Below are positions 39,188 through 48,956 of a stretch of DNA of 64,000 nt, piece by piece; positions within the stretch are counted from its first letter, which is position 1, and each line of letters opens with the position of its first letter. The position numbers and the translations under genes were made by a program. The notes beneath the pieces were generated by a model. The model saw nothing but the letters and a program-made list of their open reading frames with translations, was not told the origin of the DNA and searched no databases. Location: NCBI GenBank assembly GCA_040386535.1, contig JAZKFH010000009.1:160001-224000 (forward strand). The letters run 5' to 3'. The stretch comes from Myxococcota bacterium (GTDB lineage Bacteria > Myxococcota_A > UBA796 > SXON01).

Positions 39188-40294
39188 CTACGCGACCTCG
39201 ACCACCCCGAGGTGCGTCTCCACGCCGTCGATCTGCGCCGCGAGAGAGTGCGGCCCCGCGATGGCGCGCCGGGTCGTGTGGTCACGGAGCGAGATGGACT
39301 TGCGCAACACGACGCTCTCGCCCGGCGCGAGGTCGACCGTGCGCAGCTTGAAGACCTTGCGCCGGCCCGCCGCGCTGCTCCCCGGGAACACGACCGCGAG
39401 GTCGACCACCGCGCGGGTCGCCGTCGCAGCGGGGTTTCGGACGTGCACCACCACCGGGAGCGTGCCCCCGAGGGCCCCGGTGGCGGGGAGCTCCCCGCGC
39501 ACGTCGATCGTCCCACCGCCCGCCCCGAGGAGCGCGATGGCCGCCTTGTCGGCCTTCTTCACGCGGTCGCGCAGGGCGTGCCGCACGAGCGCCACACGGA
39601 GCGGCGGCGCGTCCACCAGCCAGCGGCCGCACACCGCGAGGAGCACGGCGGGGTGGTCCTTTCCGATGTCGTTGAGGTTGTTGGCGACCGAGCGCCGCAC
39701 GTACTCCGACGGATCGTCCCGGAGCGCCTCGAGGAGGGGGAAGATCGGCGAGGGATCGGCCTGGAGCGCGCGGAGCCGGGAGGCCCAGGGGAGGCGTGGG
39801 CGGGTGCCCTCGGACACGAGCCGGCGCACGTGCGGGTCGGGGTCGGACACCCACAGTGCGAGCCGCGCCAGCGTGAGCTCCGGCCAGCGCTCCAGGAAGG
39901 CGCGGATCGAGAACTCGCAGGAGAAACGCCTGGTGATCGCGTGCTGGGCGTCGAGCGCGGCGTCGGGGTGGTCGATGCCGTGGGCGGCGACGAACATCGT
40001 GTGTGGCAGGTACACGAAGGAGGACATCCCGCCCGTGCCTGCGCCGGGCAGTTCAGCACGTTCGCCCAGGGTGCGCACCACGATTTCGAGCGCGCGGAGG
40101 CGGTCGGTCGGGAGCGCGCGGGCCATCGCGGCCGCGATGTGCTGGGCGCGCCCCATCAGCTCCTTGGGCTCGAGGCCGTCCGTCGCCTCCGCCACGAACG
40201 TGTCGAGCGGAAACGTCGGGTCCGCCCCGCGCAGCATCGCGCCGATGATCCGCACGCGCTCGGCGTCGAAGAAGTGCTTGAGAGCCTCGGCCAC
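39188..40294 (-). CDS. DNA alkylation repair protein (HEAT-like repeat glycosylase, AlkC-like)
   Basis: TRRFSCEFSIRAF, HVRRLVSEGTRPRLPW, DPSEYVRRSVANNLNDIGKDHP, plus a C-terminal Ig-like domain. Confidence 0.85.
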   Translation of the reverse strand: MAEALKHFFDAERVRIIGAMLRGADPTFPLDTFVAEATDGLEPKELMGRAQHIAAAMARALPTDRLRALEIVVRTLGERAELPGAGTGGMSSFVYLPHTMFVAAHGIDHPDAALDAQHAITRRFSCEFSIRAFLERWPELTLARLALWVSDPDPHVRRLVSEGTRPRLPWASRLRALQADPSPIFPLLEALRDDPSEYVRRSVANNLNDIGKDHPAVLLAVCGRWLVDAPPLRVALVRHALRDRVKKADKAAIALLGAGGGTIDVRGELPATGALGGTLPVVVHVRNPAATATRAVVDLAVVFPGSSAAGRRKVFKLRTVDLAPGESVVLRKSISLRDHTTRRAIAGPHSLAAQIDGVETHLGVVEVA

Positions 40295-40296
40295 GG

Positions 40297-40677
40297 CTAC
40301 TCCCGGTTCATCATGTGGGTGGCCACCTGCCCGAGCGCGTCGGAGAGCCCGGTGCGCAGGCCCTCGTCGGCCACGACCTCGGCGAGCGCGAGGTCCATGC
40401 AGCGCATCCACGCGTCCCGCGCGGCGCGGTCGACCACGAAGGGGAGGTGACGGGCGCGCAGGCGCGGATGGCCCTTGCGCTCGATGTAGAGCGAGGGCCC
40501 GCCGAGCCAGCCCGAGAGGAACCAGTAGAGCTTGTCGCGGCTCTCGCCCAGGGCTGGCGGGTGCATGGCGCGTAGCGTCGCCACGTCGGGCAGCACGTCC
40601 ATGTGGTCGTAGAAGCGGTCGACGAGCCGGCGAACCGCGGCGTCTCCGCCGATGGCGTCGTAGAGGGTGTCGGGCAT
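40297..40677 (-). CDS. Group II truncated haemoglobin
   Basis: LYDAIGG, LVDRFY, WLGGPSLY, GHPRLRARHLPF, WMRCM, HMMN. Confidence 0.92.
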   Translation of the reverse strand: MPDTLYDAIGGDAAVRRLVDRFYDHMDVLPDVATLRAMHPPALGESRDKLYWFLSGWLGGPSLYIERKGHPRLRARHLPFVVDRAARDAWMRCMDLALAEVVADEGLRTGLSDALGQVATHMMNRE

Positions 40678-40782
40678 GGCGACGGCTAACGCAGCGCGCC
40701 GAACGGGGTTCCAGGAGGGCCCGACCCCCGAAGGGGACGAAACGTGTCCATCGTCGCCACGACTGCGCTTAAGCTTGGCGTC

Positions 40783-41667
40783 GTGACCAGCCTCCCTTCC
40801 GCCGGCCCGCTCCTCGTCCTTCTCGCGATCCTCGCGGCCTCGCCCGCCCTGATCATCGGCGCCTGGCTGAGCTTCATGTACTTCCGCCGCGCCGCCTACT
40901 ACCGCTACAAGCAGATCGAGGCCCCGCCGCTCCCGGTCAGGTCGTTCGTCCGGTACGGCCTGCTCGAGGGCGTGGCGATGCTGACGTTGTTCTGGTGGCG
41001 CGTCCGCGCCGCGCTCTCCGACGGGCGGCGGGATCCGCGGGGCCCGGTCACCGGTCCGCCGGTCTTGTGTGTGCACGGCATCACCCAGAACGGCTCGAAC
41101 CTCTGGGGCATCCGGCGCGCCCTCGCCCGGCGCGGGCGGTCCACGCGCGCGGTCTCCCTCGGCCTGTTCGGGCGCCCCCTCGCCGCCTACGTCCCGCCGC
41201 TCGAGCGCGCCTTCCGCGAGCTCGCGGCGGACTCGCCCGACGGCCGCGTCGATGTCGTCGCGCACTCCATGGGCGGCGTCGTGTTGCGCATGATGCTCGC
41301 CCAGCACCCCGACCTCGCGCCCCACTTGCGCCGCGTCGTCACCCTCGCCAGCCCCCACGCGGGCACGGCCAGCGGGCGCGGCCTCCCCCTCGGCGGCTCC
41401 ATCCGCAACCTGGGGCGGCGCTCCACGCTCCTCTCCGAGCTCCCCGGCTTCCCCGTCAGCGCCGCGCTCACGACGGTGGCGGCGCGGCACGACCTCATCG
41501 TCTATCCGCAGGAGACCTGCCATCTGCCCGGAGCGCGCGCGATCGACTTCGCCGACATCGGCCACGTGGGGCTGCTCACGCGTCGCGTCGCGATCGAGCG
41601 CGTGGTGGACGTGGTGTGCGAAGCGGAGGGAGGGACAGAGACCCAGGAGCTCGGCGCCACGCCGTGA
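40783..41667 (+). CDS. Membrane-anchored alpha/beta hydrolase (lipase/esterase-like)
   Basis: N-terminal TM segments; VLCVHG, VAHSMGG nucleophile elbow, TLASPHAGT, HDLIV, GHVGLL. Confidence 0.85.
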   Translation: MTSLPSAGPLLVLLAILAASPALIIGAWLSFMYFRRAAYYRYKQIEAPPLPVRSFVRYGLLEGVAMLTLFWWRVRAALSDGRRDPRGPVTGPPVLCVHGITQNGSNLWGIRRALARRGRSTRAVSLGLFGRPLAAYVPPLERAFRELAADSPDGRVDVVAHSMGGVVLRMMLAQHPDLAPHLRRVVTLASPHAGTASGRGLPLGGSIRNLGRRSTLLSELPGFPVSAALTTVAARHDLIVYPQETCHLPGARAIDFADIGHVGLLTRRVAIERVVDVVCEAEGGTETQELGATP

Positions 41668-41723
41668 GGCGCCGACCGCCTCCCGCGTAGCGCTCCCCCC
41701 GCTTCGTGCGGTACATCGTCCCG

Positions 41724-43667
41724 ATGCGCGTGCCGCCACCGTCCGGCCTCTGGTGGGCCCTCGGGCTCCTCGTCGGCTGCGAGCGGCCCGTGCCCGCGCC
41801 GCCCGACGCCCCCGCCATCGAGGGCCCCGGCGTCGTCCGCCTCGGCCCACCCGCGCCCTCCGTCGGCATCTACGGCATCGCCGCGCCGCCCGGCACCGGC
41901 CGCGTCTACGTCTCGAACCTCCACGTGCCCTTCCTCACCGTGGTGGACGCCGCCACCGGCGCCTGGCTCGATGCGGTCGACCTGCGCGAGGGCTGCGGCG
42001 ACCACGCGTTCTTCCCGCGGCTGTTCGTCGTGGGCGACGTGTTGTGGATCACCGACACCGAAGCCGGGCGCCTCTGCCGCTACGATCACGCCGAGGGGGC
42101 ATGGCTCGATCCCGTCGACGTAGACGGGCTCGGCGGCGGCATCGCCGTGAGCGGGAGCGATCTATGGGTCGCGACGCGCACTGCGCTCCTCCGCCACGAC
42201 GGCACCGATTTCGTGGAGACCATCCCCGCGCCGGGCTGGGCGAGCGCGCTCGACGTCGAGGGCGACACCTTCGCGCTCCTGATGGGCCCGGACGAGCGTG
42301 TCGCCGTGCTCGATCGCGCGGGCGCCGTCGCGTGGGAGGCCGACGTGCCCGGCCGCGCGCTCAACGACATCGCGCTGCTGGACGGGCGCGTGTACGTGAC
42401 CGAGCGCGTCGGGGGCCATGTCATCGCGCTGGCGGACGGCGCCGAGATCGCGCGCCTACACACGGGCTCGGACACGTTCGAGGTCGACCGCTTCGGCGAC
42501 GGGCTCCTCGTCACCAACCGTCAGGGCGCCGCGCTCCCCAGCTCGGGCGCCTACCAGGGCGATCCGTCGCTCGTCACCGCGTTCAACGCGGACCTCACCC
42601 CCCGATGGTCCGTCCCCCTCGACAAGACCATCCACTTCCTCGCGTGGGACGGGGTCCTCCTCTGGGCGGCCAACGAGGACGCGTTGCGCCTCTCCGCCAT
42701 CGATCCGGTCGCGGGTGTCGAGGTCCTCCGCACCGAGCCGCTCGGCCTCACCGTCGACCACCTCGCCGAGGTCGAGGGCGCCCTGGTCTTCGGGAGCCAT
42801 CTCACCGACGAGGTGTGGCGCGTCACGCGCGACGGAAGGGCGATCGTCGCGACCGTGTGCGGCTGGCCCTTCGTGGCGGTGCCGGTCGCCGCGGGGCTGG
42901 TCGTGCCCTGCCAGGAGGACGGCGACGTCTGGACGCTCGACCCGATCACGCTGGAGGTGCGCGCCACCATGGATGTCGCGGACACCTTCTTCCCCGTCTG
43001 CGCCGAGGGCCTGTGCACGGGCCACGACACGCTCGTGGCCGCCGCCGCGGACGGCGACGCCGTCGTCTACAGCGACCCGCACACGGGGAGCGTCCGCTGG
43101 ACCGACGGCCGCGTGGTCGACCTCGGCGATTTCCCCGTGCGTGGCGACCTCCACCACTTCGACGTCGCGGCCGTCCAAGGCGCGGTCCTCGCCTTCGAGC
43201 CCCGCACCGAGACGCTCTACGCCGTGACCGATCCCGAGGCGGCGCTCCCCCTCGACGAGCCCACCGCCACCTTCGCCCTGATCCCCGACGGAGACCGCGT
43301 GTGGGCCGGCGGCGCGGCACGGGACGCCACGTTGGCGGAGGTGGCGCGGCTCCCCGAAGGGTTCGTCGCGCTCGTGGCCGGGGAGGGGTGGATCGTGGCA
43401 CAGGACGGCGAGGACCTCGTGACGCTCGACCACGCCACGCTCGTGGAGGCCGGCCGCGTCGCGATCGAGGCGCTGCGCGCGCCGCCGTGGCGCGGCATCG
43501 ACGGGTCGCTCGGGCCGCTGCGCTTCCGCGTGGTGGGCGGCGAGCTGATCGTCGCGAACACGATGCGCGGCACGCTGGAGAGGCGTGCGTTGCCGGACCT
43601 CGGGCCCGCAGGAGACGACGAGGTGGTGCCGGCGGGGCGGTGGGCGCACCTCGACGGGCTGCGCTGA
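41724..43667 (+). CDS. Beta-propeller (YncE-like) lipoprotein
   Basis: LLVGC lipobox; repeated propeller strands (RVYVSN, LWITD, RVYVTE, LLVTN, LWAAN). Confidence 0.65.
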   Translation: MRVPPPSGLWWALGLLVGCERPVPAPPDAPAIEGPGVVRLGPPAPSVGIYGIAAPPGTGRVYVSNLHVPFLTVVDAATGAWLDAVDLREGCGDHAFFPRLFVVGDVLWITDTEAGRLCRYDHAEGAWLDPVDVDGLGGGIAVSGSDLWVATRTALLRHDGTDFVETIPAPGWASALDVEGDTFALLMGPDERVAVLDRAGAVAWEADVPGRALNDIALLDGRVYVTERVGGHVIALADGAEIARLHTGSDTFEVDRFGDGLLVTNRQGAALPSSGAYQGDPSLVTAFNADLTPRWSVPLDKTIHFLAWDGVLLWAANEDALRLSAIDPVAGVEVLRTEPLGLTVDHLAEVEGALVFGSHLTDEVWRVTRDGRAIVATVCGWPFVAVPVAAGLVVPCQEDGDVWTLDPITLEVRATMDVADTFFPVCAEGLCTGHDTLVAAAADGDAVVYSDPHTGSVRWTDGRVVDLGDFPVRGDLHHFDVAAVQGAVLAFEPRTETLYAVTDPEAALPLDEPTATFALIPDGDRVWAGGAARDATLAEVARLPEGFVALVAGEGWIVAQDGEDLVTLDHATLVEAGRVAIEALRAPPWRGIDGSLGPLRFRVVGGELIVANTMRGTLERRALPDLGPAGDDEVVPAGRWAHLDGLR

Positions 43668-43676
43668 ACCTCGGCG

Positions 43677-44045
43677 TCAGTCCGCCGACAGGTCGAACCG
43701 GATCTCGAGCCAGCCGTCGGTGGTCGTGACGGTGACGTGGTGGTTGTCCACGGTGAGGGTGTCACCGATGGGCATGTCGAGCACGCTGACGATCTCGGGC
43801 CACATCTTGCACAGGTCGGTGAGGAGCCGGACGCGCACGTCCTCGGTCATCGGCGTGTTGAGCTTGCCGCGCGCGGTGCCGACGAAGCGGAGGAAGTTGT
43901 CGAGCCGCGGCATCTTGAACGCGCTCTCGTCGTCAAAACGCAGCTCTAGGGTGTGGAGGTCGAGGTCGACGTCGAGGGGCAGGATCGACTCGACCACCGC
44001 GCCGAGGAGGAGGCGCCGGAACAGGCGCCAGAGGGGGGTGTTCAT
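43677..44045 (-). CDS. Hypothetical protein (122 aa)
   Basis: Clean ORF with typical codon bias; no recognised motif. Confidence 0.65.
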   Translation of the reverse strand: MNTPLWRLFRRLLLGAVVESILPLDVDLDLHTLELRFDDESAFKMPRLDNFLRFVGTARGKLNTPMTEDVRVRLLTDLCKMWPEIVSVLDMPIGDTLTVDNHHVTVTTTDGWLEIRFDLSAD

Positions 44046-44100
44046 GGGCGTTTTCTAGCAAGTTCTCGAGCCCGGGGTTCGTGACGGAACGTAAGGAACG

Positions 44101-45663
44101 ATGGCGAATCGGATAGGACCGGTTGCCCCGGAGGCTCCCCTGACCCCGCTCACCCGCGCCGAAGCCACCCGCTACGAGGAGACCTCCCGCCACGCCGACG
44201 TGATGGCCTTCGTAGAGGCCCTCGCGTCGCGAGGGGACGCACGTCTGATCGTCCGCTCCTTCGGCACGAGCCCCCAGGGGCGCGACCTCCCGCTGCTGGT
44301 GCTCTCGTCGCGCGGCGTCCGCACCCCCGCCGAGTCGCGCGCGCTCGGACTCCCCGTGGTGCTCGTGCTCAACGGCATCCACGCCGGCGAGGTCGAGGGC
44401 AAGGAGGGCTCCCTCATGCTCGTGCGGGACCTGCTCGACGGCACCGTCGACGCGGGGATCCTCGGCCAGCTCACCCTCGTGGTCGTGCCGCTCTTCAACC
44501 CCGACGGGAACGACGCCATCGATGTCGGCAACCGCAAGCTGCACCTGCCGAAGCTGGAGGGCCAGATCGGGCCGCCCACCGGCGTGGGGACGCGGGTGAA
44601 CGCCTCCGGGGTCAACCTGAACCGCGACTACATGCGCCAGGAATCGCCGGAGATGCGGCAGCTCCAGGCGCGCGTGATCCAGGTCTGGGAGCCCGAGCTC
44701 ACCATCGACAACCACGCCACCAACGGCTCGGTGCACCGGTTCTCGATGACCTACGACGTGCCGCACACCGTCGAGAGCGGCCGCGCGGAGCCCGTGGACT
44801 ACGTGCGGGAGCGGCTCCTCCCGCCCGTGACCGTCGCGATGAAGCAGAACCACGGCATCGACGCCGGCTGGTACGGCAACTTCGTCGAGGACGAGCGCGT
44901 GCTCGACGCCCGCGGCGAAGCCGACCCCACCACCCCGGTGCGCGAGGGGTGGATGACCTACCCGCACCACCCGCGCTTCGGCAGCAACTACCGCGGCCTC
45001 ACCAGCCGCATGGATCTGCTGCTGGAGTGCTACTCCTACATCCCGTTCGCCGAGCGCGTCCGCACGGCGTACGCGTTCGTGCTCGAGACGCTCCGGTACG
45101 TCGCGGCCCACGCGGGCGACGTGCTCGACATCGTGACGCGGAGCCGCACGCCGCGCGACCGGATCGCCGTGCGCTACCGGCTCGACACGCTGGCGGAGCC
45201 CGTCGAGATCCTCACCCGCACGTCGCGCACGCTCGACGGGGCGCCGACCGCGGTGACCCTTCCGTACTTCGCGCGCTTCGTCGGCACCGCGGTGGTCGAC
45301 CGCCCGTTCGCCTACCTCGTGCCCCCCGCGGTGGCCGCCCACCTCGTCCTCCACGGGCTCACCGTGGCCGACGCGGCGGGCACGTACACGGTCGAGGTCG
45401 CGACGGTCGAGGGGTTCGAAACCGAAGGCGGCCGCAAGATCCTCGAAGCGGCCAAGGTCGGCGAGCTGCGCGTGTCCTGGGCGCGGTCCACTCGCGACGC
45501 GCCCGCGGGCTGGTCGATCGTCGCCACCGCACAGCCGCTCGGGGCCATCGCCGTCTACCTGTGCGAGCCCGAGAGCGACGACGGCGCCGTGGAGAACGGC
45601 CTGATCGCCGCGCCCGCCGCCGGGGACGAGTACCCGGTGTGGCGCGTCGCCGAGGCGACGTAG
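44101..45663 (+). CDS. M14 family zinc carboxypeptidase
   Basis: NGIHAGE (HxxE), NPDG, NLNRD, DNH. Confidence 0.88.
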   Translation: MANRIGPVAPEAPLTPLTRAEATRYEETSRHADVMAFVEALASRGDARLIVRSFGTSPQGRDLPLLVLSSRGVRTPAESRALGLPVVLVLNGIHAGEVEGKEGSLMLVRDLLDGTVDAGILGQLTLVVVPLFNPDGNDAIDVGNRKLHLPKLEGQIGPPTGVGTRVNASGVNLNRDYMRQESPEMRQLQARVIQVWEPELTIDNHATNGSVHRFSMTYDVPHTVESGRAEPVDYVRERLLPPVTVAMKQNHGIDAGWYGNFVEDERVLDARGEADPTTPVREGWMTYPHHPRFGSNYRGLTSRMDLLLECYSYIPFAERVRTAYAFVLETLRYVAAHAGDVLDIVTRSRTPRDRIAVRYRLDTLAEPVEILTRTSRTLDGAPTAVTLPYFARFVGTAVVDRPFAYLVPPAVAAHLVLHGLTVADAAGTYTVEVATVEGFETEGGRKILEAAKVGELRVSWARSTRDAPAGWSIVATAQPLGAIAVYLCEPESDDGAVENGLIAAPAAGDEYPVWRVAEAT

Positions 45664-45664
45664 C

Positions 45665-46345
45665 GTGCCGACCGTCCTCACCACCACGCTGGCCTTCGGC
45701 GGCACCCGCTTCGGCCCGTTCACGAGCGGAAACGTGTCCGTCGGGAGCGACCCGCAGTGCCAGGTGCTCGTCAGCGCCGAGCTCGGCGTGCTGCCGCTGC
45801 ACGCGTGGGTGACCGAGCGGCCCGGCGGGTGGACCTTGCACCCGGGCGCGCCCGGCGCCGTGGTGTTCGTGACGCGCCAGGGCGGCCGCGTGACCCCCAT
45901 CACCGCCCCGGTCGAGCTCGAGGCGGGCGACGGCTTCGTCCTCGCCAATCGGGAGGGCGTGGCCTTCGTCGTCGGGGGCGGGGCCCCCGCGGTCGCCACC
46001 CCGGGCCGCCCCGCCACCGCGGCCCGACCCACCGGCGTCACCGCCCGCCCGTCCGGACGCATCTCCCCGTCCACGACGCCCCAGCGCCGCGCCCCCTCCG
46101 GCCCCCGCCGCGGCCCGCCGACCGCCGGCGCGCTCGCGGACGAGGCGCAGCGCATGGTCGAGGTCGAGATGATGCGGTACGGCCCGCTCCAGCAGATCCG
46201 GCAGGTGATCTTCCGGTACAACTCGGGGACGTACTTCCAGCCCCGCTACATCATGGGGGCGCTGTTCGCGGCCGCGAGCGGGAGCTTCGTGATGTGTTCG
46301 GGCGGGGCGGCGTTCGTGTGGGCGTGGCTCCAAGCGCAGGTCTGA
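45665..46345 (+). CDS. FHA-like domain protein with C-terminal TM segment
   Basis: VSVGSDPQCQV...LPLHAWV...VELEAGDGFVL; Pro/Arg linker; hydrophobic C-terminus. Confidence 0.6.
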   Translation: MPTVLTTTLAFGGTRFGPFTSGNVSVGSDPQCQVLVSAELGVLPLHAWVTERPGGWTLHPGAPGAVVFVTRQGGRVTPITAPVELEAGDGFVLANREGVAFVVGGGAPAVATPGRPATAARPTGVTARPSGRISPSTTPQRRAPSGPRRGPPTAGALADEAQRMVEVEMMRYGPLQQIRQVIFRYNSGTYFQPRYIMGALFAAASGSFVMCSGGAAFVWAWLQAQV

Positions 46346-46417
46346 CCGGACCGCGGGATCCACGCCCTTGACCCGAGCGTGCCGGGGCCCATTTACCGAG
46401 GGCAACCGAGGCCCCGC

Positions 46418-47218
46418 ATGGAAGACGCCGCCGTCGTCGTAGAGCCCCGCATCACCCAGGAGGTGCAGGGCGCCGTGCTCCTCGTGGGGCTCTCCCGCGC
46501 CCGCAAGAAGAACGCCTTCGACATCGAGATGCTCCGCGGCCTGTCCGACGCGTTGACCCGCCTCGATGCCGATCCTTCGCTCCGCGTGGGCGTGGTGTAC
46601 GCACACGGCTCCGACTTCACGTCCGGCCTCGATCTCGCCGACGTGGCGCCTCATCTCGCCCAGGGCGCGCCGCTCTTCACCGACGGCGCCATCGATCCCT
46701 GGGGCACCCAGGGGCGTCGCCTGTCCAAGCCGCTCGTCGTGGCGGTGAAGGGGCTCTGCTACACCGTCGGCATCGAGCTTCTCCTCAACGCCGAGGTCTG
46801 CATCGCGAGCGCCGACACCCGGTTCTCCCAGATGGAGGTGAGCCGCGGCATCTTCCCGTTCGGCGGCGGCACCGTGCGCTGGGTCGAGCGGGTGGGCTGG
46901 GGCAACGCGATGCGGTGGATGCTCACGGGCGACACGCTCGATGCGAAGGAGGCGCTGCGAATCGGCCTCGTGCAGGAGGTGGCCCCGCCGGACGAGGTGC
47001 TCGGGCGCGCCATCGCCATGGCCGAGCGCATCGCCGCGCAGGCGCCGCTCGGGGTGGCCGCTACGCTCCGTTCCGCCCGGCTCGCGCGGGAAGAGGGGCC
47101 CAGCGCCGCGCTCCAGGCGCTCCTCCCCGAGCTCCGCGACCTGATGGTGTCCGAGGACGCGCAGGAGGGCCTCCGATCCTTCCTCGAGCGCCGCCCCGCC
47201 GACTTCCAGGGAAGGTGA
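46418..47218 (+). CDS. Crotonase/enoyl-CoA hydratase family protein
   Basis: KKNAF, FTSGLDL, KPLVVAVKG, GIEL, MEVSRGIFP, LTGD, FLERRPADFQG. Confidence 0.9.
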   Translation: MEDAAVVVEPRITQEVQGAVLLVGLSRARKKNAFDIEMLRGLSDALTRLDADPSLRVGVVYAHGSDFTSGLDLADVAPHLAQGAPLFTDGAIDPWGTQGRRLSKPLVVAVKGLCYTVGIELLLNAEVCIASADTRFSQMEVSRGIFPFGGGTVRWVERVGWGNAMRWMLTGDTLDAKEALRIGLVQEVAPPDEVLGRAIAMAERIAAQAPLGVAATLRSARLAREEGPSAALQALLPELRDLMVSEDAQEGLRSFLERRPADFQGR

Positions 47219-47284
47219 AGCGCCGCACCCGGCGGGCCGCTGCGGGTTAGCTCCACCGACGCCGGAGCCTGCCCCTTGACCCGC

Positions 47285-48919
47285 ATGTCCACCGTCGCCG
47301 ACCTGTTGCACATCCGCGCCGAGCGCGCTCCCGACGCGCTCGCCTTCCGCTTCCTCGGCGCGCGGGACGGCGACAGTGACGACATCACCGCCTCGGCCCT
47401 GCACGCGCGGGCCTCCCGGCTCGCCGCCCGCCTCGATGTCGCGCCGGGCGCGCGGGTGCTGATCCTCCACCCCCCCGGCAACGGCTACATCGCGGCGTTC
47501 TTCGGCTGCCTCCTCGCCGGCGCCGTGCCCGTGCCCGCATACCCGCCGCGGATGAACCGCAACCTGGAGCGCATCCAGGCCATCATGGCCGACGCGGGCT
47601 CCGAGGTCGCCGTGACCACGGTGGCCATGGCCGCCCGCCTCGCGCCCGAGCCCGAGCTCGCGGGCCTCCGGTGGGTCGCGGAGGACGCCGAGGACGATCC
47701 GGGCGCCTTCTCGCCGGTCGTCGTCGCGCCCGAAACACTGGCGTTCCTCCAGTACACCTCCGGCTCCACCGGCACCCCCAAGGGCGTGATGGTGACCCAC
47801 GCGAACCTCCTGGCGAACCTCGCGGCGATCCTCGAACGCTTCCGCCTCGGGCCGCACAGCCGCGGCGTCATCTGGCTCCCGCCCTTCCACGACATGGGTC
47901 TGATCGGCGGGATCCTCGCCCCCATGGCCGCCCAGTTCCCGTGCTCCCTGATGGCGCCCACCACGTTCCTCGTACGCCCGTCGGCGTGGCTCGCCGCGGT
48001 GTCGCGCGAGCGGGCCACGGTCAGCGGCGGGCCCGACTTCGCGTGGGCGCTCGCCACCCGGCGCGTGTCCGAGCAGGTGCGCGCCACCCTCGATCTGTCC
48101 GCGTGGGACGTGGCCTTCACCGGCGCCGAGCCCGTGCGCCCGGCCACGCTCGCCCGCTTCGCCGAGGCGTTCACCCCCTGCGGCTTCCGGCCCACCTCGT
48201 TCCTGCCCTGCTACGGCCTCGCCGAGGGCACGCTCCTCGTGGCCGGCGTGGCTGATCGGCGCGGCCCGACGATGGCGCGCGTCTCGTCGGAGGCGCTCGC
48301 GCAGATGGTGGTGGCGCCGGGGGACACCGAGATCGTGAGCTGCGGCCCGGCCGCGCTCGACACCGAGCTGCGCATCGTGCACCCGGAGACCGGCGAGACC
48401 CTCTCCGAGGGCCACGTGGGCGAGATCCTCGCGCGCGGGCCGTCCGTGGCGGCGGGCTACTTCGGCCGCCCCGAGGCCACCGCCGAGGCCTTCACCGACG
48501 GGTGGCTCCACACGGGTGACCTCGGGTTCCTCGCCCGGCACGAGCTGTTCGTGACCGGCCGCAAGAAGGATCTGGTGCTGCTCCGCGGCCGCAACCTGTA
48601 CCCGCAGGATCTGGAGGTGGCCGCCGAGGCCGCGCACCCCGATCTGCGCGGCAACTCGAGCGCCGCCTTCGGCGTCGAGATCGAGGGTGAGGAGCGCCTG
48701 GTCATCGTCCTGGAGGTCGACGCGCGGCGGGTGCCCGAGCCGACGCCCATCACCGAGGCCGTCGTGGCCGCGATCGCCCAGGCGTTCGACGCCGGCGTGC
48801 ACGCCGTGGTGCTGCTCCCCGCGGGCGGCATCCCGCGCACGAGCAGCGGCAAGGTGCGGCGCGCGGCTACCCGGCTGGCCTGGCTCGCGGGCACGTTGGT
48901 GGGAGACGAGGAAGCTTGA
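47285..48919 (+). CDS. Fatty acyl-AMP ligase (FAAL)
   Basis: FLQYTSGSTGTPKG, WLPPFHDMGLIG, PCYGLAEGTL followed by an insertion, GRNLYPQDLE, IPRTSSGK. Confidence 0.9.
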   Translation: MSTVADLLHIRAERAPDALAFRFLGARDGDSDDITASALHARASRLAARLDVAPGARVLILHPPGNGYIAAFFGCLLAGAVPVPAYPPRMNRNLERIQAIMADAGSEVAVTTVAMAARLAPEPELAGLRWVAEDAEDDPGAFSPVVVAPETLAFLQYTSGSTGTPKGVMVTHANLLANLAAILERFRLGPHSRGVIWLPPFHDMGLIGGILAPMAAQFPCSLMAPTTFLVRPSAWLAAVSRERATVSGGPDFAWALATRRVSEQVRATLDLSAWDVAFTGAEPVRPATLARFAEAFTPCGFRPTSFLPCYGLAEGTLLVAGVADRRGPTMARVSSEALAQMVVAPGDTEIVSCGPAALDTELRIVHPETGETLSEGHVGEILARGPSVAAGYFGRPEATAEAFTDGWLHTGDLGFLARHELFVTGRKKDLVLLRGRNLYPQDLEVAAEAAHPDLRGNSSAAFGVEIEGEERLVIVLEVDARRVPEPTPITEAVVAAIAQAFDAGVHAVVLLPAGGIPRTSSGKVRRAATRLAWLAGTLVGDEEA

Positions 48920-48956
48920 GGCGCGCGCGGCGCCCGCGTCGCGTATCGTAGCGACG

